A stretch of DNA of 64,000 nucleotides from Polyangiaceae bacterium (lineage in GTDB: Bacteria; Myxococcota_A; Polyangia; Polyangiales; Polyangiaceae), in assembly GCA_044376115.1 (NCBI GenBank), contig JBILLK010000024.1, forward strand, positions 1 through 64,000. Direction: 5' to 3'. The notes under the pieces are model-generated. The model had not been told where the DNA came from. It was given only the letters and a program-made list of their open reading frames with translations, and did not search any database. A program made the translations under genes and the position numbers. This document shows positions 30,384-41,047 of this stretch, one piece after another; position 1 is the first letter of the stretch; every line of letters starts with the position of its first letter.

Positions 30384-31085
30384 ATGGGCAGACCGCCGGG
30401 TGTCCGGAATCAGGATTATGCTACCACGCGCGATAGTATTCTTGACGACGCCCGCTCGCTCCTGCTAACGCCCGACGGCGCGAACGCGAGCATGCGCGAG
30501 CTCAGCCGAGCCGCGAAGGTCAGCACGCCGACACTGCGCCACTACTTCCCAACCCGGGAGGAGCTGGTCGCTGCAGTGCTCGCACGAGACCACGCTGGCG
30601 CGCTGCCTCACCTGCATCACATCGCCGCCGGCGAGCTTCCGCCGCTGCGCAGCTCGCTGCTCGAGGTGCTCGGCTTCATGCTGCGAGGGTTCGTCGAGTT
30701 TGGGGTGCTCGATCTGCACGTCCTGGGGCTCCGCTCGGGCCTCAAGCACGCCGGGCTCGGGCCCGTCTACCTCAGCGAGGTCCTGGAGCCGTCGTTGGTT
30801 GCGCTGGAGGCGCGTCTCGAGCGCCATGCCGCGCGTGGTGAGCTACGGCTCGACCAGCCGCGCGTTGCCGCGCTCCAGCTGCTCGCGCCGCTCCTGCTCG
30901 CGGTCCTCCATCAGCACGAGCTCGGCGGCACGCGCTGCCGTCCACTCGCCCTCGACGAGTTCCTCCCCGCGCACGTCGATGGCTTCATCCGCGCGTGGAC
31001 GCCAACCCCGAAGCCAGCAGAGGCGGGCGAATCGGCCAGCGCGAAGCGCGCTCCTGCTGCGCGCGCGCGGGCTCGCTCCAAGTAA
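30384..31085 (+). CDS. TetR/AcrR-family transcriptional regulator
   Basis: MGRP...ASMRELSRAAKVSTPTLRHYFPTREEL HTH. Confidence 0.9.
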   Translation: MGRPPGVRNQDYATTRDSILDDARSLLLTPDGANASMRELSRAAKVSTPTLRHYFPTREELVAAVLARDHAGALPHLHHIAAGELPPLRSSLLEVLGFMLRGFVEFGVLDLHVLGLRSGLKHAGLGPVYLSEVLEPSLVALEARLERHAARGELRLDQPRVAALQLLAPLLLAVLHQHELGGTRCRPLALDEFLPAHVDGFIRAWTPTPKPAEAGESASAKRAPAARARARSK

Positions 31086-31108
31086 TGCGCGTCCGTCACT
31101 CCCGTCGC

Positions 31109-32008
31109 TCACCCCGAACGCGCGAGCGCGCCGACCACGGCAGGCGCCGCGAGGCCCGCATGGGCGAAGGCGTGACAGAGCGCGACCGGTGATCCGTAGC
31201 CGAGCATTCGCGCGAGGTGCCCTGTGGTCGCGGCCTGGTGGGACGCGAGCATGGTGCCGAGCAGCAAGCGATAGAAGTCGCGCGCCGAGCGCCAATCCGG
31301 ACCCGAGAGCGCAGAGATGCCGTAGCGCTCTCGAGCCAACTGGGCGCGCCTCGCGACAGTCCGCCGGGTCCAACCGAGGCGAGCCTCGAGGGTCGTGAGC
31401 GCCGGGCCCTGCTCGAGGCTCGAGAGCTCGGCGTCGACGGCCGTGAGCAAGCGTTGCACGTCTGAGTCGGAGCGGCTGACCCGTGGCTCGGCGAGCGCGT
31501 CTGGGGAGACCGGGACGCCTTCGGCGCGAAGCGCCCGAAGGACCTCCTTGGCTTGCTGAACGAGGCCGGTGCACTCCATCGGGCTCACCACACGCAGCTC
31601 ACGCAGCAGCGCCTGGATCGCATCGAGCGTCGACGGGGCGAGCCGGAACGAGTTCATCCCGCGCACACCACCGTCCGCGAGCTCCCCGTCGGCGGTCCAG
31701 TCGAGTTCGAACGCCAGGCCTGGTTCCGCGCGTGTCACCAGCTCGCCGAGATCCTCCACCAGGAGAGCATCGCCCGCGGCGAGTTCGAACGTCCGGCCGG
31801 CGAAGACCGTGGTCCGCCCAGCAAGCATGACCGTGAGCCGACGGCGGCCACGCGGCGCGCCGTTTCCCAAGCTGGTCGTGAGCCGGTCGTCCTGGACCAC
31901 CCCCGCCGTGCTCGCGCGCCGCAGCACCCAGCTCTCGAAGACCGCGCGGTCGAGCTCGAGCTCTACGCCGTCGAGCGGCGGCGCATGGCGGCGATGCGAA
32001 ACGAGCAT
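31109..32008 (-). CDS. AraC-like transcriptional regulator (divergent)
   Basis: Cupin-like segment (FELAAGDALL) and a C-terminal LARMLGYGSPVALCHAF second HTH. Confidence 0.65.
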   Translation of the reverse strand: MLVSHRRHAPPLDGVELELDRAVFESWVLRRASTAGVVQDDRLTTSLGNGAPRGRRRLTVMLAGRTTVFAGRTFELAAGDALLVEDLGELVTRAEPGLAFELDWTADGELADGGVRGMNSFRLAPSTLDAIQALLRELRVVSPMECTGLVQQAKEVLRALRAEGVPVSPDALAEPRVSRSDSDVQRLLTAVDAELSSLEQGPALTTLEARLGWTRRTVARRAQLARERYGISALSGPDWRSARDFYRLLLGTMLASHQAATTGHLARMLGYGSPVALCHAFAHAGLAAPAVVGALARSG

Positions 32009-32042
32009 GCCCGCAAAGCGTAGCACCCGTACCGCCGAGGCC

Positions 32043-33086
32043 TCAGGGCAGCTTCGAAACGAAACTCGCAATCGCGGGAACGAGGTCTTCGGCGAGCGGT
32101 ATCGACGAATCTTGGTAGCACTTTTTCTGCGAGACTGGCGCAGCGGTCGACGTCTTCAGGGCGTGGCACATATCCGCAATCAGCACGAGCTCGGCGCTCG
32201 GCAGACCCTCATGGAGCAGCTCGGCATCCGCGACCGAGACCTGAATATCGACCTCGCCCTGAACGAGGAGGGTCGGCACGTCCACCGTCGCGATCTCGAC
32301 CTGCGGATCGAACGTGAGCCACGAGATGAGGTAGGGCTGAACATCTTCGGGCAAGATCTGATTCAGCGGCGGCGTGAGTGCACCGGCTAGCTCCCCCGCC
32401 TCCAGCTTCACCAGCGCCTCTTCGAGCTCAGCGAGCTGTTCAGTCGTAAGCTGGTCGGCGAGTTGCTCGCGCAGCAGCTGCCCTGCGGGTCGCCCAGCTC
32501 CCGCGAGCGACACCAGCCCATCGACCGGAGCGAGCCGCGACGCGAGGATCGCCGTCAGCGAGCCCTGGCTGTGCCCTGCGAAGACGATGTCTCCGACCCG
32601 CTCGTCCGCACGGAGCTGCGTGACCCAACCCGCGGCGTCGGCGACCTCCAGATCGAAGGTGAAGTCCTCGACGGCGACCGGCGCCGCCGTAACGCTGCCG
32701 CCAACGCCATGATCGTCGTACCGCAGCGACCCGATGCCCTGCGCGAGGAGAGCCTCCGCGAGCAGCCGATAGCTCCGCGGCGTACCGCCATCGCGCAGTT
32801 CGCTACCCGAGCCGGAGAGGATGATGGCCACCGGCGCGGGGCCGCAGCTCTCGGGCAGGAGCAGCGTCCCTTCGAGCGTCCCGTACTGGTTCTCGAGAGT
32901 GACCGTCTCCTTGGAGGCAGCGAGCTGCGTACACGGGGCGCCACCAGTACCTCCCCCAGCGCCGCCGTCGCCTCCCGTCGCGCGCTCACCGCCCTCTCCC
33001 CCTTGGGCCGCGCCTTCACCTTCACAGCCCGCGCCCGCCGTCGCGAGCATGAAACCGACCAGCCATCCAACCCACCTCGTCTTCAT
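32043..33086 (-). CDS. Alpha/beta hydrolase lipoprotein
   Basis: Lipobox GAGC, SGSG, GHSQG nucleophile, DIQV and MCH. Confidence 0.9.
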   Translation of the reverse strand: MKTRWVGWLVGFMLATAGAGCEGEGAAQGGEGGERATGGDGGAGGGTGGAPCTQLAASKETVTLENQYGTLEGTLLLPESCGPAPVAIILSGSGSELRDGGTPRSYRLLAEALLAQGIGSLRYDDHGVGGSVTAAPVAVEDFTFDLEVADAAGWVTQLRADERVGDIVFAGHSQGSLTAILASRLAPVDGLVSLAGAGRPAGQLLREQLADQLTTEQLAELEEALVKLEAGELAGALTPPLNQILPEDVQPYLISWLTFDPQVEIATVDVPTLLVQGEVDIQVSVADAELLHEGLPSAELVLIADMCHALKTSTAAPVSQKKCYQDSSIPLAEDLVPAIASFVSKLP

Positions 33087-33312
33087 GGTCGGATCCGTAG
33101 GCCTTTCCTCGGGTGGGCTCCATTGACAAGATGGGACTGTGCGCGCCCTGGGCTGGGAGCCGAGCCACGTCCTCAAAGTAGACGTTGGCGGGACTATCGG
33201 AGGGGATTAGATCGTTGAAGTACCGCCCTTCAGGCCGCCAAAAGCGCGAATCCGGATGGCCCTTCGGTTGAATATCTGAGCACTCGGTGAACGGTCTGGT
33301 GATTAAGTACCC

Positions 33313-34980
33313 ATGAAACAGCATCCCTCGAGTCGCCTGTACGTTGGGCCGGTTGCGCTACTTGCGACGTTGGCGTTGGTTGGCTGCGGTGCCGAGGCAA
33401 CGAGCGCGGCGAGCGCGTCACCGACCTCCAAGGCCGCTGAGACGCCCCAAGCGAAGAAGCCGTCGAAGGATGAGGAGCGCTCCTCGGCAGCGCCCGCGCC
33501 GCAAGCGGCGGCAACGGCAGCCGCGGCGGCATCGGGAGCTGCACCGGCGCCCGACGCCGCAAGCGAAGCGGACGCCAAGGCGCGCCCTCCCCGTCCGCGT
33601 GCGGCTTCGCGCGAGCCGGTCTTTCTGGAGACGAGCTCGCAGCCCACGTCGACGTTTGGGGTCGATGTCGATACGGCGAGCTACACGCGGGTGCGGGCTT
33701 CACTGAAAGCCGGCGTGATTCCGCAGCCGAAGGACGTGCGCGTCGAGGAGATGGTGAACTACTTCCGCTACTCGTACCCGGCGCCACAGAGCGCGGCCTT
33801 CGGCTTCATGACCGACGTCGCGCGGGCGCCCTGGGAGCCGGGCAACCGCTTGGTGCGCATCGGCATCAAAGGCCGCGAGGTCGCGAACAGCCAACGGCCG
33901 CCGGCCAACATCGTGCTCTTGATCGACGCCTCCGGCTCGATGGCCGGGCCGGACAAAATGGACCTGCTGCGCGACGGCTTCTCGCGGCTGGCCGAGCGGC
34001 TCGATGAGCGCGATACCGTGGCGATCGTCGCGTATGCGGGCTCCGCAGGCGTGGTGCTTCCGCCCACGCGCGGCGATCGCAAGGCGGTCATCATCAACGC
34101 GCTCGATTCGTTCAAGGCGGGCGGCGCCACCAACGGTAGCCAAGGCATCCAGACCGGCTACGAGCTCGCCGCCGAGTCCTTCATCAATGGCGGGATCAAC
34201 CGCGTGATCCTCGCGACCGATGGCGACTTCAATCTCGGGGCCACCGCTTACTCCGAGCTCGAGTCACTGATCGAACGCAAGTCGCGCACCGGCATCTTTC
34301 TCAGCGTGCTCGGCTTCGGCAAGTTCAACCCGAACGATAAGCGATTGGAGCTTTTGGCGGATAAAGGCAACGGGCACTATGCCTTTATCGACTCCAAGGC
34401 CGAGAGCCGGCGCGTGCTGGTAGACGACCTCTCCGGCACGCTGCAAACCATCGCCAAAGACGTGAAGGTGCAAGTGCGGTGGAACCCGGCGGTGGTGCAG
34501 TCCTATCGTTTACTTGGCTATGAGAACCGAGCCTTGACCAGCACGGATTTTACCGACGATAGCAAGGACGCAGGCGACATTGGCGCGGGCCACACAGTGA
34601 CGGCGTTCTATGAGGTAAAACCGGTGTCCCAACGCAATAACGAGCTCAGCTTCGGCACGGTGGCGATTCGCTATAAAACGCCGGACAGCAGTGAAAGCAC
34701 GCCGATCGAGGTGAACCTCAGCGGCTCGGATACCTCCGCCGGAGAGATGTCCACCGACTTTCGTTTTGCGGCCAGCGTTGCGGCCTTCGGCCTCGCGTTG
34801 CGCAGCACCACCGATCGCAACAACCTCCCCTTCGATCAAATCGAGCGGCTCGCGAGCGGCGCCTTGGGCGACGACGCCGACGGCCAGCGCGCCGAGTTCG
34901 TTACGTTGGTACGCAAAGCGAGCCAGCGTTATCAGGCCGCCACGCGAGCCGTGAGGCCAGCACCGGAGCGGCACCCGTGA
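33313..34980 (+). CDS. vWA-domain lipoprotein (YfbK-like)
   Basis: Lipobox LVGC, STFGVDVDTASY, VRVEEMVNYF, DASGSM MIDAS, LATDGDFN and YRLLGYENR. Confidence 0.92.
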   Translation: MKQHPSSRLYVGPVALLATLALVGCGAEATSAASASPTSKAAETPQAKKPSKDEERSSAAPAPQAAATAAAAASGAAPAPDAASEADAKARPPRPRAASREPVFLETSSQPTSTFGVDVDTASYTRVRASLKAGVIPQPKDVRVEEMVNYFRYSYPAPQSAAFGFMTDVARAPWEPGNRLVRIGIKGREVANSQRPPANIVLLIDASGSMAGPDKMDLLRDGFSRLAERLDERDTVAIVAYAGSAGVVLPPTRGDRKAVIINALDSFKAGGATNGSQGIQTGYELAAESFINGGINRVILATDGDFNLGATAYSELESLIERKSRTGIFLSVLGFGKFNPNDKRLELLADKGNGHYAFIDSKAESRRVLVDDLSGTLQTIAKDVKVQVRWNPAVVQSYRLLGYENRALTSTDFTDDSKDAGDIGAGHTVTAFYEVKPVSQRNNELSFGTVAIRYKTPDSSESTPIEVNLSGSDTSAGEMSTDFRFAASVAAFGLALRSTTDRNNLPFDQIERLASGALGDDADGQRAEFVTLVRKASQRYQAATRAVRPAPERHP

Positions 34981-34996
34981 GCCGTGAGCGGCTCGG

Positions 34997-35977
34997 TTAC
35001 ACGCCCCCGGCTTTGGGGCTGCGGCCGAGATGTTTGAGCACCTGCTGCAGGTCGGACCAGACCATGCCTTTGATCTCACGGGTGGGCTGACGCAGGACGT
35101 AGGCGGGATGAAACGTCGGCATCAGCGGGATTTTGCCGCGGAACAAACGCCAGGAGCCGCGTGCTTTGGTGATGCCCTCGGAGGGGCCCATCAAGCCTTT
35201 GAGCGCCGTTGAACCGAGCGCCACGATCACTTTGGGCGTGACCACCTCGAGCTGCTCCTGCAGATACGGAAGGCACGTGGCCATCTCACTGGCCTCCGGC
35301 GTGCGGTTCTCGGGCGGCCGGCACTTCACCACGTTGCAGATATAAACGTCGTTCGGCCCGAGCCCCATCGCTTGGATCATCTTGTCCAGCAGCTGGCCGG
35401 CCTTCCCAACGAAGGGCAGGCCTTCACGGTCCTCATCGGCGCCAGGCCCCTCCCCGACGAAGCAAAGCTCGGCCGACGGATCACCGCGCGAAAAGACGGT
35501 TTGGCTGCGACCTTGATGCAGCCCGCAAGCCACGCAGGCCTTCACCCGTTGATCGATCAGCTGCAATTTTGCGCGGCGCTCCTCGTTCGAAAGCACCACC
35601 AGCGGCGCTGCCACTTTGGGCGCGGCGGCGGGCGCCTCGAAGGTCGGCATGGCGAAGGTCGGGCGCTGCTCCGGCGCGGGCTGCGCCTCGTGCGCGTGGT
35701 GCGCGGAGTGCGCGTCTTGGCCAGCGTTGAAGGAGGCCGGCGCAGGCGCATTGAACGCTGCGGGCGCCGGGTGATGCGCTGCAACCGGGGCGGACGCAGC
35801 ATGCGCAGAATCGACGGGCCGCGCGGCGCGCTTGGGCTCACCGCGCGGAAAGCCGCTGGTGCCGCACTCGGCGTGCCACCAAACGAATTCGCGAGCGGCG
35901 CGAACGAACTCGGCCGCCTCGTCGAATAACTCGGCCGAGTCTTCCGACTCGGCCGAGTTCGTCTCAGTGGGCGTCAT
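34997..35977 (-). CDS. Uracil-DNA glycosylase, family 4
   Basis: CVACGL, GEGPG.DED..G.PFVG.AG, NVVKCRPP.NR and TFHPAY. Confidence 0.93.
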   Translation of the reverse strand: MTPTETNSAESEDSAELFDEAAEFVRAAREFVWWHAECGTSGFPRGEPKRAARPVDSAHAASAPVAAHHPAPAAFNAPAPASFNAGQDAHSAHHAHEAQPAPEQRPTFAMPTFEAPAAAPKVAAPLVVLSNEERRAKLQLIDQRVKACVACGLHQGRSQTVFSRGDPSAELCFVGEGPGADEDREGLPFVGKAGQLLDKMIQAMGLGPNDVYICNVVKCRPPENRTPEASEMATCLPYLQEQLEVVTPKVIVALGSTALKGLMGPSEGITKARGSWRLFRGKIPLMPTFHPAYVLRQPTREIKGMVWSDLQQVLKHLGRSPKAGGV

Positions 35978-36938
35978 TCGCCGCTAGCCAACGCTCGGCT
36001 TCGAGCGCGGCCATACAGCCCGAACCAGCTGCCGTGACGGCCTGCCGGAAGACGAAGTCTTGAACGTCGCCTGAGGCGAAGAAGCCGGGAACGTTGGTCT
36101 GCGTGGTCCCGGGGATGGTCTTGATGTAGCCGTTGTCGAGCAGCTCGACCTGGCCCTTGAACAGATCGGCGAGCGGCGTGTGGCCGATGGCGACGAACAT
36201 AGCGGCGGCCGGGATGTCGGTGATCGCACCGGTCTTGGTGCTCTTCACGCGCACGCCGGTCACGTGATCTTCCTCGACGCCGAGCACCTCTTCCACGGTG
36301 TGGCTGTACATGATCTTGATCTTGGGGTTCTTGATCACGCGCTCTTGCATCGTTACCGACGCGCGGAACTCATCCCGACGGTGCACCAGCGTGACGCTCT
36401 TGCACATGCCGGTGAGGTAGTTGGCCTCCTCCATCGCCGTGTCACCGCCACCGACCACGACCACGTCCTGGTTGCGGAAGAAGGCGCCGTCGCACACGGC
36501 ACAGGCGCTGACGCCTTTGTTCTTGAGCTTGTTCTCGCTCTCGAGGCCGACGTAGTTGGCGCGCGCGCCGGTGGAGGCGATCACCGTCTTGGCTTTGAAG
36601 GCCCGCTCGACGCCTTCCGAATCCATCGCCCACAGTTCGAACGGGCGCTTCGAAAGATCGATGCGGGTCACGTCGCCGGTGATGATGTCACAGCCCTGGT
36701 GCACGGCCTGCGCACGGAAACGCTCCATCAGCTCCTGGCCGGTCACCTTCTCGGGGAAGCCGGGGTAGTTCTCGACCTCGCTCGTGAACATGAGCTGCCC
36801 ACCGGGGATGAGCCCGCCAGCGTTGAAGCCCTCGATGCAAAGCGGCTTCAAATTGGCGCGAGCCGCGTAGATGGCTGCCGTCAACCCGGCAGGCCCCGAA
36901 CCGATGATGATCACATTGCGAACGTCAGAATCACTCAT
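35964..36938 (-). CDS. trxB: Thioredoxin-disulfide reductase
   Basis: GSGPAG, VENYPGF, SACAVCDG, GGGDTAMEEA and GDVQD..RQAVTAAGSG. Confidence 0.96.
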   Translation of the reverse strand: MSDSDVRNVIIIGSGPAGLTAAIYAARANLKPLCIEGFNAGGLIPGGQLMFTSEVENYPGFPEKVTGQELMERFRAQAVHQGCDIITGDVTRIDLSKRPFELWAMDSEGVERAFKAKTVIASTGARANYVGLESENKLKNKGVSACAVCDGAFFRNQDVVVVGGGDTAMEEANYLTGMCKSVTLVHRRDEFRASVTMQERVIKNPKIKIMYSHTVEEVLGVEEDHVTGVRVKSTKTGAITDIPAAAMFVAIGHTPLADLFKGQVELLDNGYIKTIPGTTQTNVPGFFASGDVQDFVFRQAVTAAGSGCMAALEAERWLAANDAH

Positions 36939-36961
36939 GGGGAAACAGCTCCTTCAACCGA

Positions 36962-38542
36962 CTAGAACCGCAAGGTACCGCCGAGCGCCAGCTCATTCAG
37001 CTGCGATTCCAGCGACCCTCCGTTTACAGCTTGTTGGCTCCGGGACCCAGTAGATAGGTCGCCTGAGAGCGCACGAACCTTGCCTTTGCCTCCGTTATCC
37101 AGCGTTCCGTAGAAGGTATGCTGGTAAGCGAGGGACATATCCACCGGTCCGAGACGCACCGTTCCACCAGCAGAAACGCCGGCCTTCCAGCCCATGTGGA
37201 AATCGAGGTTGAGGTATTCGTCGTCCTGACCTTTGCCCTCGAAGAAGCCACCGGCGCGCGCTGCCAGGAAGTTGGGCAGGATGGTGAAATCACCGCCGAA
37301 GCGCACGCCCAAAACGTCCTTCCAGTTGTGCGGGATATCGCCGTCTTCCGGCACCGTTCCAGGCGTGCCCTTCACCGGGATGCCCGGATCAAACTGGATC
37401 TCAACCGCTTTGACCTGGCTGTTGTGAGCCCAGGTGAGGTCGATCTCGAAGTCGAAGAGATCATCGGAGAGCGGATCTCGCACGTAATCGCGGCGCACCG
37501 ACCAGCTCGGATGGTCCGAGCCTTTGAGCGGATGGTGATAACGCATGCCGAGCTTGGCCTCGGCCGGGATGGCCAAACGGAAGCTGCCGGCGTCCTCGAT
37601 GTCGGTCAGGTTGCAACCTGGATCCGTGGGGGTGCACGGCTGCTCGTTCTTGGTACCGCCGGCCAGCCAGTAGCCGCTCTCGAGCTTGAGGGCGGTGCGC
37701 GCCGAGAAGGCGTCGGACCAGCGGAACCAAGCGCCGAGATCGAAGTTCTTGGTCGCGCGCCAATTGGCGCCGAGTACGAAGCCCGGCACGAACATGTCGC
37801 TGGTGTTGAGCGTGGCCTTCACGTCGCGGGTGAAGTCGTCTTCGGCCGAGCCGGAGGTAGCCTCGGTGAAGGTTGAAAGCTCGGCGTTGGCGATGCCCCA
37901 GGTGAAACCAGCGCCGACCGAGAGCTCATCCGGGATCACCGCGTAGCTCACGCTGACGGTGGGAAAGAGCAGGATCGAGTTCTGGCCGGCGAGCAGGTAA
38001 CGGCCGGGTGCAGGCTGCGTACGCGAATTACCGAGGAAGTCGAACTCGACCGACTCGCCCCAATCAACGTTGCCGACCGCATGCGGGGCCACGATGGCCA
38101 CGCCGACCGCCAGGCGATCCATCGGGCGAAAGACCGCCGCGATCTGGGGGTTGGGAAACACGCCGGTGGTGCACTGGGCTGCATCCGGACCGTTCTCTTG
38201 ACCGGGACCAGGAACCGCGTTGCCTGGCGAAATCGGCTCACCGTTCTCGTCCACGCGGGTGAAACACGAACTCTGGATCATCAGGTGTGCGCCGAGATGA
38301 ACGCCGTTGGCTTGGAACGACATCGCCGCCGGGTTCATGTAAACGGCCATCGGATCATCGGCGCGCGCCACCCAGGCGCCACCACGACCGACCTGAGCGA
38401 CGCCAACGTCAGGCGAATCGAGGCCGTTGGAGGCCTGGGCCTCGTGCGAGAGCGCGAGGGCCAGAGCTGAAGCCACGCCTGCGAGCAGCCCGCTTCGAGA
38501 ATTGAACGACATGAGGAACCTCTCCGAGAGCGGCTTGTTCAT
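36962..38542 (-). CDS. FadL/OmpP1/TodX-family outer-membrane transporter
   Basis: Signal peptide, GRGGAWVARADDP.AVY.NPAA plug motif and C-terminal Phe. Confidence 0.85.
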   Translation of the reverse strand: MNKPLSERFLMSFNSRSGLLAGVASALALALSHEAQASNGLDSPDVGVAQVGRGGAWVARADDPMAVYMNPAAMSFQANGVHLGAHLMIQSSCFTRVDENGEPISPGNAVPGPGQENGPDAAQCTTGVFPNPQIAAVFRPMDRLAVGVAIVAPHAVGNVDWGESVEFDFLGNSRTQPAPGRYLLAGQNSILLFPTVSVSYAVIPDELSVGAGFTWGIANAELSTFTEATSGSAEDDFTRDVKATLNTSDMFVPGFVLGANWRATKNFDLGAWFRWSDAFSARTALKLESGYWLAGGTKNEQPCTPTDPGCNLTDIEDAGSFRLAIPAEAKLGMRYHHPLKGSDHPSWSVRRDYVRDPLSDDLFDFEIDLTWAHNSQVKAVEIQFDPGIPVKGTPGTVPEDGDIPHNWKDVLGVRFGGDFTILPNFLAARAGGFFEGKGQDDEYLNLDFHMGWKAGVSAGGTVRLGPVDMSLAYQHTFYGTLDNGGKGKVRALSGDLSTGSRSQQAVNGGSLESQLNELALGGTLRF

Positions 38543-40215
38543 TTGACCGGCGATGCGCGCAGCGCAGCCTTTCCATCTTTGGCGTACACAGTGAACTTCA
38601 CGCTGGTGCAGGTATGGCGCGAAAGCAGCGCGGCCTTGTTGCGCTCCAGCGTGCCCTTGAAGCGGTCGAAGGTGAGACCTTCCACCGACTCACCGCACTG
38701 CTTCTTCATCTTCAGGAACTCTTCGTAGATACCCTTCCACTCGACCAATTCATCGGCCGGTGAAGGCGCCGCTGACGAGGCCGGTGCGACCTGCTCCTCG
38801 GTCACCAAGCTGCCCGACACACTGAGCGGAGCGGCCGGTACCACCACGGCCGGCATGCCGGCGCTGCTCGGCTTGGGCGGCGGAGGCGGCGCGGGCGGTG
38901 CGCCCACACCATCGCTGCTCGGCTTGGGCGGCGGGGCCGGCGGCGGCTTCGGAAGCGCCTTGGGCTTTTCGTCCACCGGCGCCGCATCCGGCACGGCGAA
39001 GGCGCTCATCTGCGGCTGCGCCGGCAGCGGACCGATCACTGACTCGAGATCCGCAGCCCGACGCGTGATGCCGCCTTTGGCCGCGACCTTGTCGACGCCG
39101 TCGTTGATGTCGGCGGCGATCTTCTTGAAGGCGCCGCGGAATTTGGAGGGCGAGAAGGTGTCGATCTTGGCTGCCGCAAACGCCTGCGCGTTCTTGCGGA
39201 AGGTGGAGAGCGGCATCGAGTGCTCGATCACCGTGAACAGAATGCCGAGCAGGCCGAGGCCGAGCGCGACGCCGATCAAGAGGCCGGTGGGCACTTTGTC
39301 TTTGTCGGTCTGGTCGGCGGCGCGGAAGAAGTCGGCCGGGGACTCGAGCAAAGTGACCTTGCGCGCGACGATGTAGCCGCTGCCGAGATCCCAAGCCTCA
39401 CCGGGGACGCGCGTGTAGACGATGCCGACGTCGCGGCGCGGACGGCGAACCAAGGTGCGCCCGACCTCTTGGTACTCCTTCGTCTCGGAGGCCTCCTTCA
39501 TGTCGCTTTGCATGACGTCGAAATCGCCCGGCGAAAGCGACGCTGTGTCGGCCTCGCTGTGCGGCGCCGCACCGAAGTTGCGGCGCACGCCCAGCGAGTA
39601 GAACGCCACCGAAGCGCCGGTGCGTTGATTGACCCGCTGCGCGAAGGTTGCGTCCACCGCGGTCAGACCGATCACCGCACCGATCGGCTCGCCGCCGCCG
39701 TCGCGTTCGACCGGACGCGCCACCACGCGCATGATCTCCTCACGCACGACCCAAGCGTCATCCCGAATCCAGCCGGCCAGGGCGTCCGCGACCACGGCGT
39801 GACCGCCGAGGTTCCAGTCTTCACGGTCGTTCGAGTTCCACTGCGCAACCAAGCGACCGTCGGCGTCCACCAGGTAGACCTTGGTGAAGCGCTGATCCTC
39901 GGCCACGTCTTTGAGCGCCTTGTCGAGCGCGCCGGTCGCTTTGGTGCGCGACTCCTTCGGCACGGCATCGGCCTCGCTGCTCTTGGCCACCGCCTCGCGC
40001 AGCTCGGGGTTGAGTGCGACCGGCAGCAAGGCCGCAGCGCGGTTGCGCGCATCGTCCTTCAAATACAGCGCGACGGCCGAGGCATCGGCCATCAGCGCCT
40101 CGTTCATCCAACGTTCGGTGTGGCGGTTGTAGAAGCTATGCGCGATGTAGAGCACGCCCACGGCTACGGCCAACGCCAAGCTCAGAATCGGGTACCAGAA
40201 ACGCGATAGCACCAT
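38539..40215 (-). CDS. MXAN_5187-family membrane protein
   Basis: Two TM helices around a Cache-like periplasmic region, a Pro-rich linker, and C-terminal YEEFL.MK.QCGE....LTF..F...L.RN...VKFTVY.KDGKAALRASP. Confidence 0.8.
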   Translation of the reverse strand: MVLSRFWYPILSLALAVAVGVLYIAHSFYNRHTERWMNEALMADASAVALYLKDDARNRAAALLPVALNPELREAVAKSSEADAVPKESRTKATGALDKALKDVAEDQRFTKVYLVDADGRLVAQWNSNDREDWNLGGHAVVADALAGWIRDDAWVVREEIMRVVARPVERDGGGEPIGAVIGLTAVDATFAQRVNQRTGASVAFYSLGVRRNFGAAPHSEADTASLSPGDFDVMQSDMKEASETKEYQEVGRTLVRRPRRDVGIVYTRVPGEAWDLGSGYIVARKVTLLESPADFFRAADQTDKDKVPTGLLIGVALGLGLLGILFTVIEHSMPLSTFRKNAQAFAAAKIDTFSPSKFRGAFKKIAADINDGVDKVAAKGGITRRAADLESVIGPLPAQPQMSAFAVPDAAPVDEKPKALPKPPPAPPPKPSSDGVGAPPAPPPPPKPSSAGMPAVVVPAAPLSVSGSLVTEEQVAPASSAAPSPADELVEWKGIYEEFLKMKKQCGESVEGLTFDRFKGTLERNKAALLSRHTCTSVKFTVYAKDGKAALRASPVK

Positions 40216-40218
40216 GGC

Positions 40219-40989
40219 TCAGCCTCCCGCCTTGGGGGCCTCTTTGGTCGGCTCGGTCTTCTTATCAGGCCCGGCTTTGAGCGGGTCCTTCAGCAGCTGC
40301 TCGGCGGGCAGCGGCTTGACCTCCCACGGCATCGCCTCGCCCACCGGCTCACCGCTGAAGTAGGTGCGCAAGGTGTATGTCCCCGGCTCCAGATCGATCG
40401 AAAAATCCCCTTTGCGATTGGGGAAGATCGCCTTGTGCGCCTTGGGCTCGACCACGATCCACGAGCGCAGACTGGGCGAGAGCTCATCACGGAACTCGTA
40501 TTTGCCCGGGCCGGGCGGCGTCCACGTGCGCGTCGCGTCGGGCTTCATCACGCCCTTCGACAGTTGGCCTTTGCCGCTCACCTCGTAGATCGAACGGTCG
40601 GTCGGATCGTGGTTCTCGAACAAGATCTCCTGCCCCGGCGCGACCACCAAGGTCACCACCGACGTTCGGCCGCCCTCGATCACCACGCGAATCGGCGTCT
40701 TGAGCGGCTGCGCGTCGGCCTCGGTAAGCGCCACGATGCAAAGCTCTTTCTGCATGTGACCGCGCAAGATGCGCACGTCCGGCGGCACCGAAGGCGAAGG
40801 CTCGCGGAAGGTGAAACGATGCGCGGCCGGATCCTTCGCCTCGTTCCAAACCGGATTGAGCAGCTCGTGTGTGTTGCCGACCTTGCCCTTGATCGTCGCG
40901 GCCAGCACGCCCGACGGTAAAACACACAAAACTGCGACCAGCGCAGCCTTTCGTACAACCCGAGAAGTACCCTGGGATCGAAGCTTCAT
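40219..40989 (-). CDS. Exported hypothetical protein with a cupredoxin-like/carboxypeptidase-regulatory-like region
   Basis: Signal peptide, VVAPGQEILFENHDP, PGKYEF and GDFSIDLEPGTYTL. Confidence 0.65.
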   Translation of the reverse strand: MKLRSQGTSRVVRKAALVAVLCVLPSGVLAATIKGKVGNTHELLNPVWNEAKDPAAHRFTFREPSPSVPPDVRILRGHMQKELCIVALTEADAQPLKTPIRVVIEGGRTSVVTLVVAPGQEILFENHDPTDRSIYEVSGKGQLSKGVMKPDATRTWTPPGPGKYEFRDELSPSLRSWIVVEPKAHKAIFPNRKGDFSIDLEPGTYTLRTYFSGEPVGEAMPWEVKPLPAEQLLKDPLKAGPDKKTEPTKEAPKAGG

Positions 40990-41047
40990 CGAGCGAGCGA
41001 AGCTATCACCACCTTCTGGCGCCTCTCCAGCGACGCAAAGAGCTTGG

